DNA of 64,000 bases from Candidatus Atabeyarchaeum deiterrae (GTDB lineage Archaea > Asgardarchaeota > Atabeyarchaeia > Atabeyarchaeales > Atabeyarchaeaceae), in NCBI GenBank assembly GCA_037310415.1, contig CP147780.1, forward strand, positions 1,120,001 to 1,184,000, given 5' to 3'. The notes under the pieces are model-generated. The model saw only the letters and a program-made list of their open reading frames with translations, did not search any database and was not told where the DNA came from. This document shows positions 19,728 to 29,236 of this stretch, in pieces. Numbering within the stretch: the first letter of the stretch is position 1; each line of letters begins with the position of its first letter. Position numbers and translations under genes: made by a program.

Positions 19728-20939
19728 ATGATCCAAGATATTGATAAGGAACTATCGAGATTGAAAGCGGACACGGTTGTAATTATTGGCGATTCAACAT
19801 TTGGAAATCCATCCCTCGCATACGTTGTTGGGGCGACAGCTACTAGGGGTGGAATCTACATGAAACATGTCGGAAGCAAACCCATGCTTCTTGTATCCGA
19901 GATAGATGTGGGCAGCGCCAAGAAAGGAATCATTCAAGACATCAGGTCCTACTCCGAGTTTGGCTATTTGGAGCTATCCAAGAGGATGGGAGAAACCAAA
20001 GCGAAGATAGAGGTCTGTACCAAGGTCCTGAAGGAAATGAATATAGAAGGGAATATTTGCCTCGGCGGAAAAGTTGAAGCAGGGTTGGCTCTGAGCTGGG
20101 CTGAGGGATTGAAAGGTAAAGGGTTTGGTATCACAATTGACGAGAGTCTTATTGACAGAGTCAGAATGACGAAGGACGACGTCGAAATCGAAAAGGTAAG
20201 GAATGTGGGAAAGAAGACGGAAAAAGTAGTCGCCGCGACAATCAAGATGCTTCAGGAGTGTATGATCGGAAAGGATGGAAAACTGAAATCACAGGAAGGA
20301 AAACCTCTCACAGTCGCAGATGTCAAAGCATTCATACGTATGAGGTTAGCGGAGGAAAATCTCATCGCTTCGGAAGACACGATTTTTGCGGTGGGGCCCG
20401 AAGCTGCTGACCCCCACAATAATGGCGGCGAGAGGACTGTCATACCAACAAACACGCCACTCGTATACGACATATTTCCACAAGAAGTGGGAGCATACTG
20501 TTTCGATATGACAAGAACAATAGTAATTGGAAAAGCTTCAAATGAAGTCAGAAAAGCGTACACAGACGTGCTTGAATCCCAGTTACTCGCATTGGACACC
20601 ATCAGGAGTGGAGTGCCAGCTAAGGAAGTCATGAGAAAAGTCTGTGAATTTCTTCAGTCAAGAGGACATAGAACGCCAATCTACTACGTCGAGAAGAATA
20701 TTCCGATGACAGATGGATTAATCCATGGCCTCGGACACGGTGTGGGGCTAACAATAGGCGAGCCTCCGTATCTGCGATTAACGTCAGAAGACACCTTGGC
20801 GGAAGGTGCTCTGACAACAGTCGAGCCCGGCGTATACTACCCAGGCAGGTTCGGAGTGAGAGTGGAAGACATCGTGGTCGTAAGAAAGAACAAGCCGGAA
20901 AATCTCTCAACTTTCTCCAAAGAACTGGAGGCAGTCTGA
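19728..20939 (+). CDS. Xaa-Pro peptidase family (M24)
   Basis: DIFP, DMTRT, HGLGHGVG, TVEPG, GVRVED metal ligands. Confidence 0.92.
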   Translation: MIQDIDKELSRLKADTVVIIGDSTFGNPSLAYVVGATATRGGIYMKHVGSKPMLLVSEIDVGSAKKGIIQDIRSYSEFGYLELSKRMGETKAKIEVCTKVLKEMNIEGNICLGGKVEAGLALSWAEGLKGKGFGITIDESLIDRVRMTKDDVEIEKVRNVGKKTEKVVAATIKMLQECMIGKDGKLKSQEGKPLTVADVKAFIRMRLAEENLIASEDTIFAVGPEAADPHNNGGERTVIPTNTPLVYDIFPQEVGAYCFDMTRTIVIGKASNEVRKAYTDVLESQLLALDTIRSGVPAKEVMRKVCEFLQSRGHRTPIYYVEKNIPMTDGLIHGLGHGVGLTIGEPPYLRLTSEDTLAEGALTTVEPGVYYPGRFGVRVEDIVVVRKNKPENLSTFSKELEAV

Positions 20940-20948
20940 AGGCAAGGA

Positions 20949-22061
20949 TTACTTCCTATATGCCCCATATTTCTTTGCAGTATCAATCATGGCTTTGATG
21001 TTCTCAAGTTTCGCATCTACAGGAACAGAGCACCCAGAACTGAGAATGAAACCTCCTCCCTCGCCAACCTCTTTGATCAGTCTTATGCAGTACTTCTCTA
21101 CTTCGTTGGTTGTTCCCAAACGGAAGAATGGTGCTGGAACGTCACCCATAATGCACATGTGGTCACCCAAGACTTTCTTAGCTTTGAAGATGTCAGTCTG
21201 ACCATCCAGTTCAAGTGTGCATGATGCCTTGGGTAGCTGGAGCAGGTATTCCAGCATAAGTGTCCAGTTGCAATCAAAGTGAAGAAGCGTATGGAAGCCA
21301 TCTTTGTGAAGATTCTCAACTATCTTCTTGAGCGAAGGTAGAGTGAGTTGCTCAAACATCTTCGGTGAAACGAAAGAACATGAAGTTCTCTGTGCTCCAA
21401 CGAAGACAGTCTTCACTCCGGAAACCAGACAAGTGCTCTTAGCCAGACCTATTTCTTCATTGATTACGGCATTGCTAGCCTTGATGATCTTGTCCGGGTA
21501 ACGATGCATGTCAAGCAGGATTTTCTGGACAGACCTGTAGAACGAGAAGAGCTCTACTGGCACAAAACAAAGTGCACCGCAGCTAATCGGTATGCCCAGT
21601 TTGTCCCAAGTTGTTCTAAGACTCTTTATGACGTTTCCAAGACCAAGTATTCTAGCGGCACTGTCTTTGTTTCCAACCCTATTCAGAAGTTCAAGGAGAG
21701 ACGCCGTGAACCCTTTCTTGACCATTAGATCGTAGTCATCCAGCTTCATTATCTCTTCGTCACAGACTTGAAGCAAAGCGTCATCTGGAAGATCTCTCCC
21801 TGGTGCTTTCGACTTAAGTGAGAATGCCGACATTGTAATTATCTGAGGCGGAAAGATTTCGTCCCACCCTCCAAGCTTCTCAAAGGTTACTTGAATGGCC
21901 TTGTTCGCAACCTCATCATTGAAGATGAAGTCGCTCATCTTGACTCCCGCTATCTTAGGTGCAACAAAGTCGATGAGAGGAACGACCGGAACTCTGTCAG
22001 GAACCTTAAGACTCTTGACTGCCTCAATTCTCTCTCTAGGAGACATAGCTTCCTCAGTCAT
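20949..22061 (-). CDS. URO-D family (MtaA-like) methyltransferase
   Basis: PDRVPV, LHFD, ILSSGC; abuts a corrinoid protein gene. Confidence 0.87.
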   Translation of the reverse strand: MTEEAMSPRERIEAVKSLKVPDRVPVVPLIDFVAPKIAGVKMSDFIFNDEVANKAIQVTFEKLGGWDEIFPPQIITMSAFSLKSKAPGRDLPDDALLQVCDEEIMKLDDYDLMVKKGFTASLLELLNRVGNKDSAARILGLGNVIKSLRTTWDKLGIPISCGALCFVPVELFSFYRSVQKILLDMHRYPDKIIKASNAVINEEIGLAKSTCLVSGVKTVFVGAQRTSCSFVSPKMFEQLTLPSLKKIVENLHKDGFHTLLHFDCNWTLMLEYLLQLPKASCTLELDGQTDIFKAKKVLGDHMCIMGDVPAPFFRLGTTNEVEKYCIRLIKEVGEGGGFILSSGCSVPVDAKLENIKAMIDTAKKYGAYRK

Positions 22062-22685
22062 TTACTTCTCACTCCATTCTATGGCAAGTTTAACTGCATC
22101 TACAGTTGTCTTACCCAACGCATCGGCACCGACGAACTTGACTACGCTATCATTTGTGGTGCCTCCCCCAATCATTATCTTCACTTTGCTCTTCAGACCA
22201 GCAATCTTCAATTCTTCGACTGTCTCTTTCATTGCATCCCAAGCTATGGTCAACAGACCGGACATGGCAACTATGTTGGATCCCGTTCCTTTCACCTTGT
22301 CCACGAATGCCTTCGGTGGGACATCAACTCCCAGGTCATAAACTTCAAACCCGTTCATTCTGAGAAGCATGGCGACCAGATTCTTACCCATATCGTGAAT
22401 GTCCCCTTGTACTGTGCCAAGAACCACTTTTCCGCGGATTTGTGCCTTGCGTCCCTTCAATTTGGGTGCAATCATGTCAGTGATTTTCTGGAAAATATCT
22501 GCTGCAAGCACCAATTGGCTCAGAAAGTACTCCATCGCTTCATATCGTTGCCCAACTACATCGAGTCCCTTCCTGCACAGATCAACGATCTTGAGCGGGT
22601 CCTCTCCTTTCTGAAGCATTTCTCTTACAAGTTTTGTTGCTGCTTCTTCATCAAGGTCAGCAATTGCCTTGACAAGTTCTTCCAT
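22062..22685 (-). CDS. Cobalamin-binding corrinoid protein (MtaC/MtbC-like)
   Basis: GDIHDMGKN B12 motif, SGLL, IGGG; GGAGG RBS before ATG 22685. Confidence 0.93.
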   Translation of the reverse strand: MEELVKAIADLDEEAATKLVREMLQKGEDPLKIVDLCRKGLDVVGQRYEAMEYFLSQLVLAADIFQKITDMIAPKLKGRKAQIRGKVVLGTVQGDIHDMGKNLVAMLLRMNGFEVYDLGVDVPPKAFVDKVKGTGSNIVAMSGLLTIAWDAMKETVEELKIAGLKSKVKIMIGGGTTNDSVVKFVGADALGKTTVDAVKLAIEWSEK

Positions 22686-22809
22686 TACTATTCCTCCGCA
22701 AGCCGGGTTCAAGTTTATTCTGTTAAGACTGCCATCCGTTTTCAAGAGCGATAAGAGAAAGGGAGAGACCCACTTCAGTTATTTGTAGTACAAGCCAAAA
22801 CCGTACAGT

Positions 22810-23319
22810 CTAAGGCTTGACAGATACATCGTAGCTGTTCTTTGAGAAGAGTGTTTCGATACTCTTCCGAGTCTTCGGTCCAGGTTTCGCGTCTGGTACT
22901 CCAAGCGCAAGAATTCCGCCGACGACCTTGTCCTTCGGTATGCCCAATGCTCCTTTCACTTGTCCTTCGTCGAACGCTCCAATAAAGACGCCGCCGAGAC
23001 CAACCTCGTAGGCCGCAAGTAGAATGTGTGTCAAAGCGATTGTTGTGTCGATCAGGTGCCAGGTTGGCGATTTGTCTGGGTCAGATACTCCAACCACAAG
23101 TAACGGGGCTTTCGCAAGATAGGGCTGAGCTGCCGCCTTAGAGATTATTCTCCGTCTTTCGGGGTCGTCAACAAGTACGAAGCGATATGGTTGCCAGTTC
23201 ACGGCGGAGGGTGCATCTTGCGCTGCTTTCATCAAGATATCCAGTTTTGTCTTGTCGACAGGTTGGTCCTTCCACTTTCTCACACTCCTCCTAGACCTTA
23301 TAACATCCATCACGCCCAT
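22810..23319 (-). CDS. Nitroreductase family protein
   Basis: RRSVRK, APSAVNWQP, GLG..FIG. Confidence 0.92.
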   Translation of the reverse strand: MGVMDVIRSRRSVRKWKDQPVDKTKLDILMKAAQDAPSAVNWQPYRFVLVDDPERRRIISKAAAQPYLAKAPLLVVGVSDPDKSPTWHLIDTTIALTHILLAAYEVGLGGVFIGAFDEGQVKGALGIPKDKVVGGILALGVPDAKPGPKTRKSIETLFSKNSYDVSVKP

Positions 23320-23419
23320 TCAAAACATCCCACCATTAGATTTGCCCATGCGAGAAGAATGATTTTTCCTACAAGCTGTGGGCTCACATGATTGATGCTT
23401 TCGATAGAGAAGAAGGAAC

Positions 23420-24358
23420 CTATGGCTTTGGAATGGCGAGGTCACTAGTTCCTCTTTCGGACAGTTTTCCTTCAGGGTAATCCTTCTCGATTATCCCCCT
23501 GATGATCTCAGCAAATTTCACTTTTTCTCTAGCTTGGAAAGCTAAGGCGTCAGGGCTGACCCAAGGTCTGTACATCGAGCCCACACTGGAACCAGGTTCA
23601 ATCTTGAAGTATGCCGGGCTACATGTCCGCACTATCTCTGGGCAATCGTAGAACCTGTTGAACCCGCCAAAGGAATCAAATAGCATCACGTGAACGTCAA
23701 GCGGAATACTGCATGCGGCCCTGAGGGAAGCGAGTTGAGGCAATGACAAGTCTGCGAGGGGGTTGAATGTATCAGCGCCAAGAAACTCAAGCAGTTTCGC
23801 ACTCGCCGGTGAGGCATGCCCAGCGAAGACTGAAATCTTGAACTTCACCTCTCTTGGAATCTCACCAATTTTCTTCATTTCTTTGAGAAGCCAAAGAAGT
23901 CCCTCGTCGATGACTAAGAAACCTCTAAATCCCATTTCTATCAGTCTCTTTATGTCGTAGACAACATATGAGAGTTGGTCGGCACCCCTGAACCTCATAC
24001 CGGATAGGACTCCCTCGGGAGTAGCTATCTGTCTTCCAGTATCCCAGAGCGACCTAGGGCCAGGAGTCGCTATGACTTCTATCTTAGCTGAAGCTGCAAG
24101 CTCAGCGTACTCCTTGAGTTCTTTCTCTGAAAGGAGCGTGGCACCCATAACCATACCTATGACCCTATGAACTGGAACATCTCTCTTCTCTGACTCGTCT
24201 ATCAGTGCCTGCAGCGTGGATGGGCGCTCAATTCCACTGATCTCGATCCGGTAATTGCATCCATCGGGGAAGTGTTTCTCACTAGTAGGGAGATTGTATA
24301 AGTCTCTCCCAGGTATGCCAAGTTTCTGAAAGGCTTTGCGAACATCCTCTATATCCAA
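23420..24358 (-). CDS. Uncharacterised TIM-barrel protein (usually labelled U32 peptidase-like)
   Basis: PTSEKHFPDG.NYRIE, GFRGFLVIDEG, KISV, GADTFNP. Confidence 0.6.
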   Translation of the reverse strand: MDIEDVRKAFQKLGIPGRDLYNLPTSEKHFPDGCNYRIEISGIERPSTLQALIDESEKRDVPVHRVIGMVMGATLLSEKELKEYAELAASAKIEVIATPGPRSLWDTGRQIATPEGVLSGMRFRGADQLSYVVYDIKRLIEMGFRGFLVIDEGLLWLLKEMKKIGEIPREVKFKISVFAGHASPASAKLLEFLGADTFNPLADLSLPQLASLRAACSIPLDVHVMLFDSFGGFNRFYDCPEIVRTCSPAYFKIEPGSSVGSMYRPWVSPDALAFQAREKVKFAEIIRGIIEKDYPEGKLSERGTSDLAIPKP

Positions 24359-24489
24359 TTGTTTTGGCCCCCAATATTCTGAGTCAGTATCTATAGAGCC
24401 CTTCTATTTCTATCTTTCTAGATAGCAGAAAAAGAACCCCGACTATCTTCGCACTGATAGAATTTCTTACATGATCCCAAGTTCGGGAT

Positions 24490-25335
24490 CTACAACACTT
24501 TTGCATTTTCTTGCCAGTCTTTTCTGACTGCCATCCCAATACCCACGAAAGAATGTCCTGTTCTCTTGATCACACTCTTATACTGCTCCACGTATTCAAA
24601 GAAGTCGTACTCATCTAGATGGCTAGCTTTCACTTCATTCCATACTTTGCCGACACCTGGGCAGATGTCACTTTTTATGTCGTGGAAGACAACTATGTTG
24701 GCCTTCTTTCTCACATTTTCGAAATCATTTCTGCAAGCATTTTCCTCGTGACTTCCATCGATGAGGACCAGATCATAACGACCATTGATCCTTATGAACT
24801 CCTTAAACTGAAGAGATTGGCTGTCCATTTGTATGAACTCTGCCCTAGGGTTGATCTTGGTGTATCTGGCCAGAGATGGGGAATGGCAGATATCGACACC
24901 CACTGCTTTCCTAAGTGGATGAAATCTATTCAAGTACTCAACTGTTGCAACAAACGTGCCGCCATGTCGAACACCGATCTCCAAGTAAGTATAAATCTGA
25001 AATCTTGAGAGTGTAACCAGATATTTGCTAAACTGGTTCGGATACTGCCAAGATAGCAGCCCCTGGCCGCAATAACCGTACAGTTCTTCGGGAAACTCAT
25101 ACAACCGTTCATTGTTGAAGCCCAAGTGGGGCAACAAATCCAACTCGAGACGTCTGTAGTCAGATAGGAAGTCAAGGCTCTTCTCTCTAATCAAACCCAA
25201 ACGCGAAAAGTCGATCAGATTCATTTCTCGTTTTCTATCCATCAGTCTCATAATTCTAGGCATTCTTCTTATTAAGCCCCAAGTAATAGCCGACAAAAAC
25301 CTATAGAGAGTCTTGTTCTTCATTACAGCTTCCAT
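24490..25335 (-). CDS. Class I SAM-dependent methyltransferase (Methyltransf_24-like)
   Basis: YLEIGVRHGG, DLVLIDGSH, VFHDI. Confidence 0.85.
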   Translation of the reverse strand: MEAVMKNKTLYRFLSAITWGLIRRMPRIMRLMDRKREMNLIDFSRLGLIREKSLDFLSDYRRLELDLLPHLGFNNERLYEFPEELYGYCGQGLLSWQYPNQFSKYLVTLSRFQIYTYLEIGVRHGGTFVATVEYLNRFHPLRKAVGVDICHSPSLARYTKINPRAEFIQMDSQSLQFKEFIRINGRYDLVLIDGSHEENACRNDFENVRKKANIVVFHDIKSDICPGVGKVWNEVKASHLDEYDFFEYVEQYKSVIKRTGHSFVGIGMAVRKDWQENAKVL

Positions 25336-25592
25336 GGACAGTCGCCTAGTACCACAGTTCCAGATTCTTCCTCAATATGAATGAATCAGCCTTAAATACG
25401 TTGTTTTAAACGGCTCCAGAGAAAGAAAACGTTGGGACAATCGCTACCGCAGTGGCGCATTGTTTCCCAATATGTTTATGAAGCATCTCCAAGAAATGAA
25501 TAAGTAAAGCATTAGAAAGCTAGCGGATCTTTCTCTAATCCAAGAGGAACAAGAATTCATCGATAAGTCCTTTTTCCGAGGTGCCAAGTTGT

Positions 25593-27086
25593 ATGAGTAA
25601 GAGTTTCAAGCTTTCTGGCGTCTTGCCGGCCCTAGTCACTCCTTTCAGGAAAGAGGACGAGGCGATTGACAAAGAGGCGTTCAAGACACTTATTGACTTT
25701 GTCATCGAGAAAGGAGTGACAGGAGTGGTCCCCTGTGGCACCACTGGAGAGTTCACCTCCATGTCTGAGGAGGAGAAGAAAGGCATTCTTCAAATTACCG
25801 TCGATCATGTGAATGGCAAGGTTCCAGTTGTAGCAGGAACCGGATGCGCTGCAACAAAAGAAACGATTGAGATGACAAAATTCGCCAAAGATGTCGGAGC
25901 GGACGCAGCGCTGGTCGTGACACCCTTCTACCTCAAGCCTTCGGACAGAGGAATCTACGAGCACTACAGACGGGTTGCCGATGCTGTTGACGGTTTTCCC
26001 ATTATCATGTATAACATTCCACAAGTCACGGGAGTTACCCTCGCATGGCCTTTGGTGGAGGACCTGGTTGAAATAGACAATATCGTCGGATTGAAAGACA
26101 GCAGTGGGCAGCTTCCCTACACTATGGCCGTGCTGGAGAAAGTGAGAGACAAGATCTTTGTAATGTGTGGACATGACGAGGTCGTACTTCCAGCCTTAGC
26201 TGGGGGCGCAAATGGAGTCATCTTGGCTTCAGCCAATGTCATTCCTGATATATGGCTTAGGGTTGTGAATGCGGTTAAAGACGGTAAACTCGACGAGGCC
26301 CGCAAAATCCAGATGCAGATCCAGAAATTCGCAAGAATAATCGTAGGAAGTGGAGCTGTGGGCGTCAAGGAATCACTCAAATGTATGGGGCTTGACGTAG
26401 GTGTTCCTCGGTGGCCGCTATCAGTCGGAGGGGAATTGTCGTTTGAGAACAGGGAAGAGATCAGAATAGAACTGGAGAAGCTGGGTAAGATAGAGAAGAA
26501 GGTCGTGGAATTTGAAGTTGTGCCTGGCGTTCCTCTGGAAGATAGGTTTGCAGCTGTAGACCTAACTCCCAAGGTTATCAGAGATTTCTCATTGAAAGTA
26601 GGAGAAGCACTAATTGCATCAGGTTCTGAGGTTGCTCATATCGATGTAATGATTGGCAGAAAGGATGGACCAGTAGGTGAAGCATTTGCCAAAGCCAAGG
26701 CAAACCCGGTGCCAGGACATGAAGCCCTCCTCGCGGTGTTGGAGCCGAATCTGGTTGTTAAACCATCGACGCTAATCATACCCACAGTTACAATCAAGAA
26801 CCTCAGACAAAGCCAAATGATTTTCGGGCCTGCTCAAGCTGGTGTGGCTAAAGGTGTTGCAGATTGCGTAACTGACGGAATTATTCCAAGGGGCGCCCTG
26901 GATGAACTGGCCATCATAGCCAATGTGTTTGTTCATCCGTCAGCAGTTGACAGACATCGAATATTCATAAACAACTGGAAAGCCATGAGACAAGCCATAC
27001 GGAGAGCTATAGAGGGAAGACCAACTGCAGAGGAGCTTGAGCGTGACAAGGAGGCCGCCAGGCATCCCTTCAAACACACACCTTGA
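25593..27086 (+). CDS. Fusion: DapA/NAL-family class I aldolase + formaldehyde-activating enzyme (Fae)
   Basis: N-terminal GTTGE, PFY, YNIP, GLKDS; from about 26592 VGEAL...EVAHIDVMIG..GPVG...PNL.VKP.T...FGPAQAGVAK.V.D...HPF typical of Fae; continuous frame. Confidence 0.93.
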   Translation: MSKSFKLSGVLPALVTPFRKEDEAIDKEAFKTLIDFVIEKGVTGVVPCGTTGEFTSMSEEEKKGILQITVDHVNGKVPVVAGTGCAATKETIEMTKFAKDVGADAALVVTPFYLKPSDRGIYEHYRRVADAVDGFPIIMYNIPQVTGVTLAWPLVEDLVEIDNIVGLKDSSGQLPYTMAVLEKVRDKIFVMCGHDEVVLPALAGGANGVILASANVIPDIWLRVVNAVKDGKLDEARKIQMQIQKFARIIVGSGAVGVKESLKCMGLDVGVPRWPLSVGGELSFENREEIRIELEKLGKIEKKVVEFEVVPGVPLEDRFAAVDLTPKVIRDFSLKVGEALIASGSEVAHIDVMIGRKDGPVGEAFAKAKANPVPGHEALLAVLEPNLVVKPSTLIIPTVTIKNLRQSQMIFGPAQAGVAKGVADCVTDGIIPRGALDELAIIANVFVHPSAVDRHRIFINNWKAMRQAIRRAIEGRPTAEELERDKEAARHPFKHTP

Positions 27087-27246
27087 AGATTTTCAACCCA
27101 GAAAGTCGGACATCGGGAAAAATGAAAACGGTTTCTGTTGTAACAGTCGCTAGTAAGCTAGGTTCACCCCTTCGGGACTGTCTCGACCCCCAAAACTCCG
27201 ACCGCTGACGCTATCTCAGCCGTAGGGATTGCTTCCCCTTCTCATA

Positions 27247-27555
27247 TTATTCTATGAGATTCTGCTCTGCAACTTCGATTATCAGGATATGTCTTCTCGC
27301 GGGATCGGTCGTGAATTCATCCGAGAAACTAACCTCATGGGTGATCATGTTTAGCACTACATACCTTTTCTTCACTGGCGGAGCCTCAACGTAAACGACG
27401 AGGGGTTCACCCATTACTGGGATAGGCGCGAAGTAAATGTGTTTTCCTCCCTTTTCAACGTGACAAAGGAACGATGCAGCCATCGGTGAACTTACCATCA
27501 TCACGAGGTCTTCAAACCTCTTCAACTTCATGCGGAGAATCTCTTCCTCAGGCAA
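27247..27555 (-). CDS. Small conserved archaeal hypothetical protein
   Basis: 102 aa; ..FEDLV...HIYF.....IIEV pattern; GGGAAGGAG RBS. Confidence 0.65.
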   Translation of the reverse strand: MPEEEILRMKLKRFEDLVMMVSSPMAASFLCHVEKGGKHIYFAPIPVMGEPLVVYVEAPPVKKRYVVLNMITHEVSFSDEFTTDPARRHILIIEVAEQNLIE

Positions 27556-27709
27556 AACAGATCAGATCTCCTTCTCCCTTCTTCCAAAAAGATCGCGGGC
27601 AATTCGCTTAGCGCATTCGCCTAATGGATTAGGATGACACGTTCATTAACTTATCGGGTGAGGTTCTGCAATGCCTAGTTGTATAACGATGAAGCGGTCC
27701 TACTTCCCC

Positions 27710-29113
27710 TCATAGTGCTACTATTACCATTATGTCATTAACATTGGTACCAGTCGGTCCAGTGATTATTATTCCATCGCCAAGTTTCTTGAAGAACGTA
27801 TTAGAGTCATTTCGCGAGAGATAGTCAAGAGGGTCGATGCCTTTCAGCCGCGCGTTCGTTAGAATGTGGCTGTCCACGATACCACCTGCGGCATCAGTTG
27901 GTCCATCGACGCCATCGGTTCCCATTGATCCTATTACTACGCCTTCCAATCCTTCAATTGACTTTGAAGCACTCAAAGCGAGTTCTTGGTTTCTTCCCCC
28001 TCTTCCAGTTCCAAGTACGGTGACTGTGGTTTCCCCGCCCATGATCACAGCAGCTGGTTTGTTGATTGGTGATCCATGTGTTGCCAATTCTTTTGCCACC
28101 GCCGCGATGAATTTGCCGACTTCTTTGGCTTCGCCTTCAACCATCGTCGATAGTACGATGCTATTCAGGTCTAATTCGCGAGCTTTTGTGTACGCGGCGT
28201 TGCAGGCTTGCCTGCAACTACCTATGATGTAATTGTGAACATGGCTGAAGACGCTTGACTCACTCTTAGGAGTTTCAGGTATCTCCCCATTGAATCCTTT
28301 CAGTAGATGTTGTCTGGCGCTTTCTGGCATATCGTTCCAGAGGTTCCGGCGCTTCAATACTTCGATTGCGTCCTTGTATCTTGTAGAATCAGGAGCGGTA
28401 GGACCACTCGCTATCACATCAAGAGGGTCTCCAACAACATCGCTTACCACAAGTGTTACCATAGTGCAGCCTCTCGAAGTAGCCTTCTCGGCGAGTCTTC
28501 CTCCTTTGACTTGCGAGAGATGCTTCCGAACGGTATTCAATTCGTTGATGTTGGTTCCCAGCTTCTGGAGCGATCGGATGACTGTCTCAAGGTCTTCCAA
28601 AGGAACTTCATCGGGTGGGAGGCACAGGAGTGCAGATCCACCGCCGGATATCAGACATATGATCAAATCGCTTGGCCCAGCTGTATCCAGGATAGATAGA
28701 ATCCTCTTCGTCGCTTCGAGGCTATCTGAATTAGGTATAGGGTGGTTTGACTCGTGAAGCTCTATTCGCTCCGTATTGAACATGCTGCGGGTTCCACGAA
28801 GGATACTTACACATCCTTCAGAAATCATGTCTCCAAGGAGCTTCTCCATCTCTTCGGCCATAGCGCCACTAGCTTTCCCTGCTCCAACAACAAAAACTCT
28901 ACCAGACTTCTCAAGGTTGAAGGTTGCATTGCCTACTGCTAAGCTCTTTCTATTTTTGGAAAGCTTGACGCATCTGCGCACCGCTATTCTAGGATCAGAT
29001 GCCTTGACGGCCTCCTCGAGCAGTGTCAAAGCTACACTTCTGGCTTTTCTGTCAACCTCATCAAAAGCATTTCCTATCAACTCGTTGAAATTCTTCACGA
29101 GGTGGTCGACCAT
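27710..29113 (-). CDS. Glycerate 2-kinase (MOFRL/TtuD family)
   Basis: GAGKA, ISGGGSAL, RKHLSQVKGG, GGETTV, GGRNQE, TDGVDG, TGTNVND; start set at ATG 29113. Confidence 0.93.
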   Translation of the reverse strand: MVDHLVKNFNELIGNAFDEVDRKARSVALTLLEEAVKASDPRIAVRRCVKLSKNRKSLAVGNATFNLEKSGRVFVVGAGKASGAMAEEMEKLLGDMISEGCVSILRGTRSMFNTERIELHESNHPIPNSDSLEATKRILSILDTAGPSDLIICLISGGGSALLCLPPDEVPLEDLETVIRSLQKLGTNINELNTVRKHLSQVKGGRLAEKATSRGCTMVTLVVSDVVGDPLDVIASGPTAPDSTRYKDAIEVLKRRNLWNDMPESARQHLLKGFNGEIPETPKSESSVFSHVHNYIIGSCRQACNAAYTKARELDLNSIVLSTMVEGEAKEVGKFIAAVAKELATHGSPINKPAAVIMGGETTVTVLGTGRGGRNQELALSASKSIEGLEGVVIGSMGTDGVDGPTDAAGGIVDSHILTNARLKGIDPLDYLSRNDSNTFFKKLGDGIIITGPTGTNVNDIMVIVAL

Positions 29114-29125
29114 TCTTGAAAGCGC

Positions 29126-29146
29126 CTCTCTCTCTCTCTCTCTCTC
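29126..29146. repeat. (CT)10 dinucleotide microsatellite
   Basis: ctctctctctctctctctctc just upstream of the glycerate kinase ATG. Confidence 0.9.
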
Positions 29147-29236
29147 CGAAAGTAGGGTTTGGAGAGTTTCATAAGCATTACGGCGGGAAGGCCAAAGGGA
29201 AAAGGGCAAGATACTTGTCTTATGCTAGGATCTAGC

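Noticed and set aside
27148-27242. TPP riboswitch or tRNA on the minus strand (GGGG...GCTGAGA...GAACCT)
   Set aside because: It lacks the CUGAU..GUAAU..GCG.AGGGA half and a T-loop, and it lies downstream of genes rather than in a leader.
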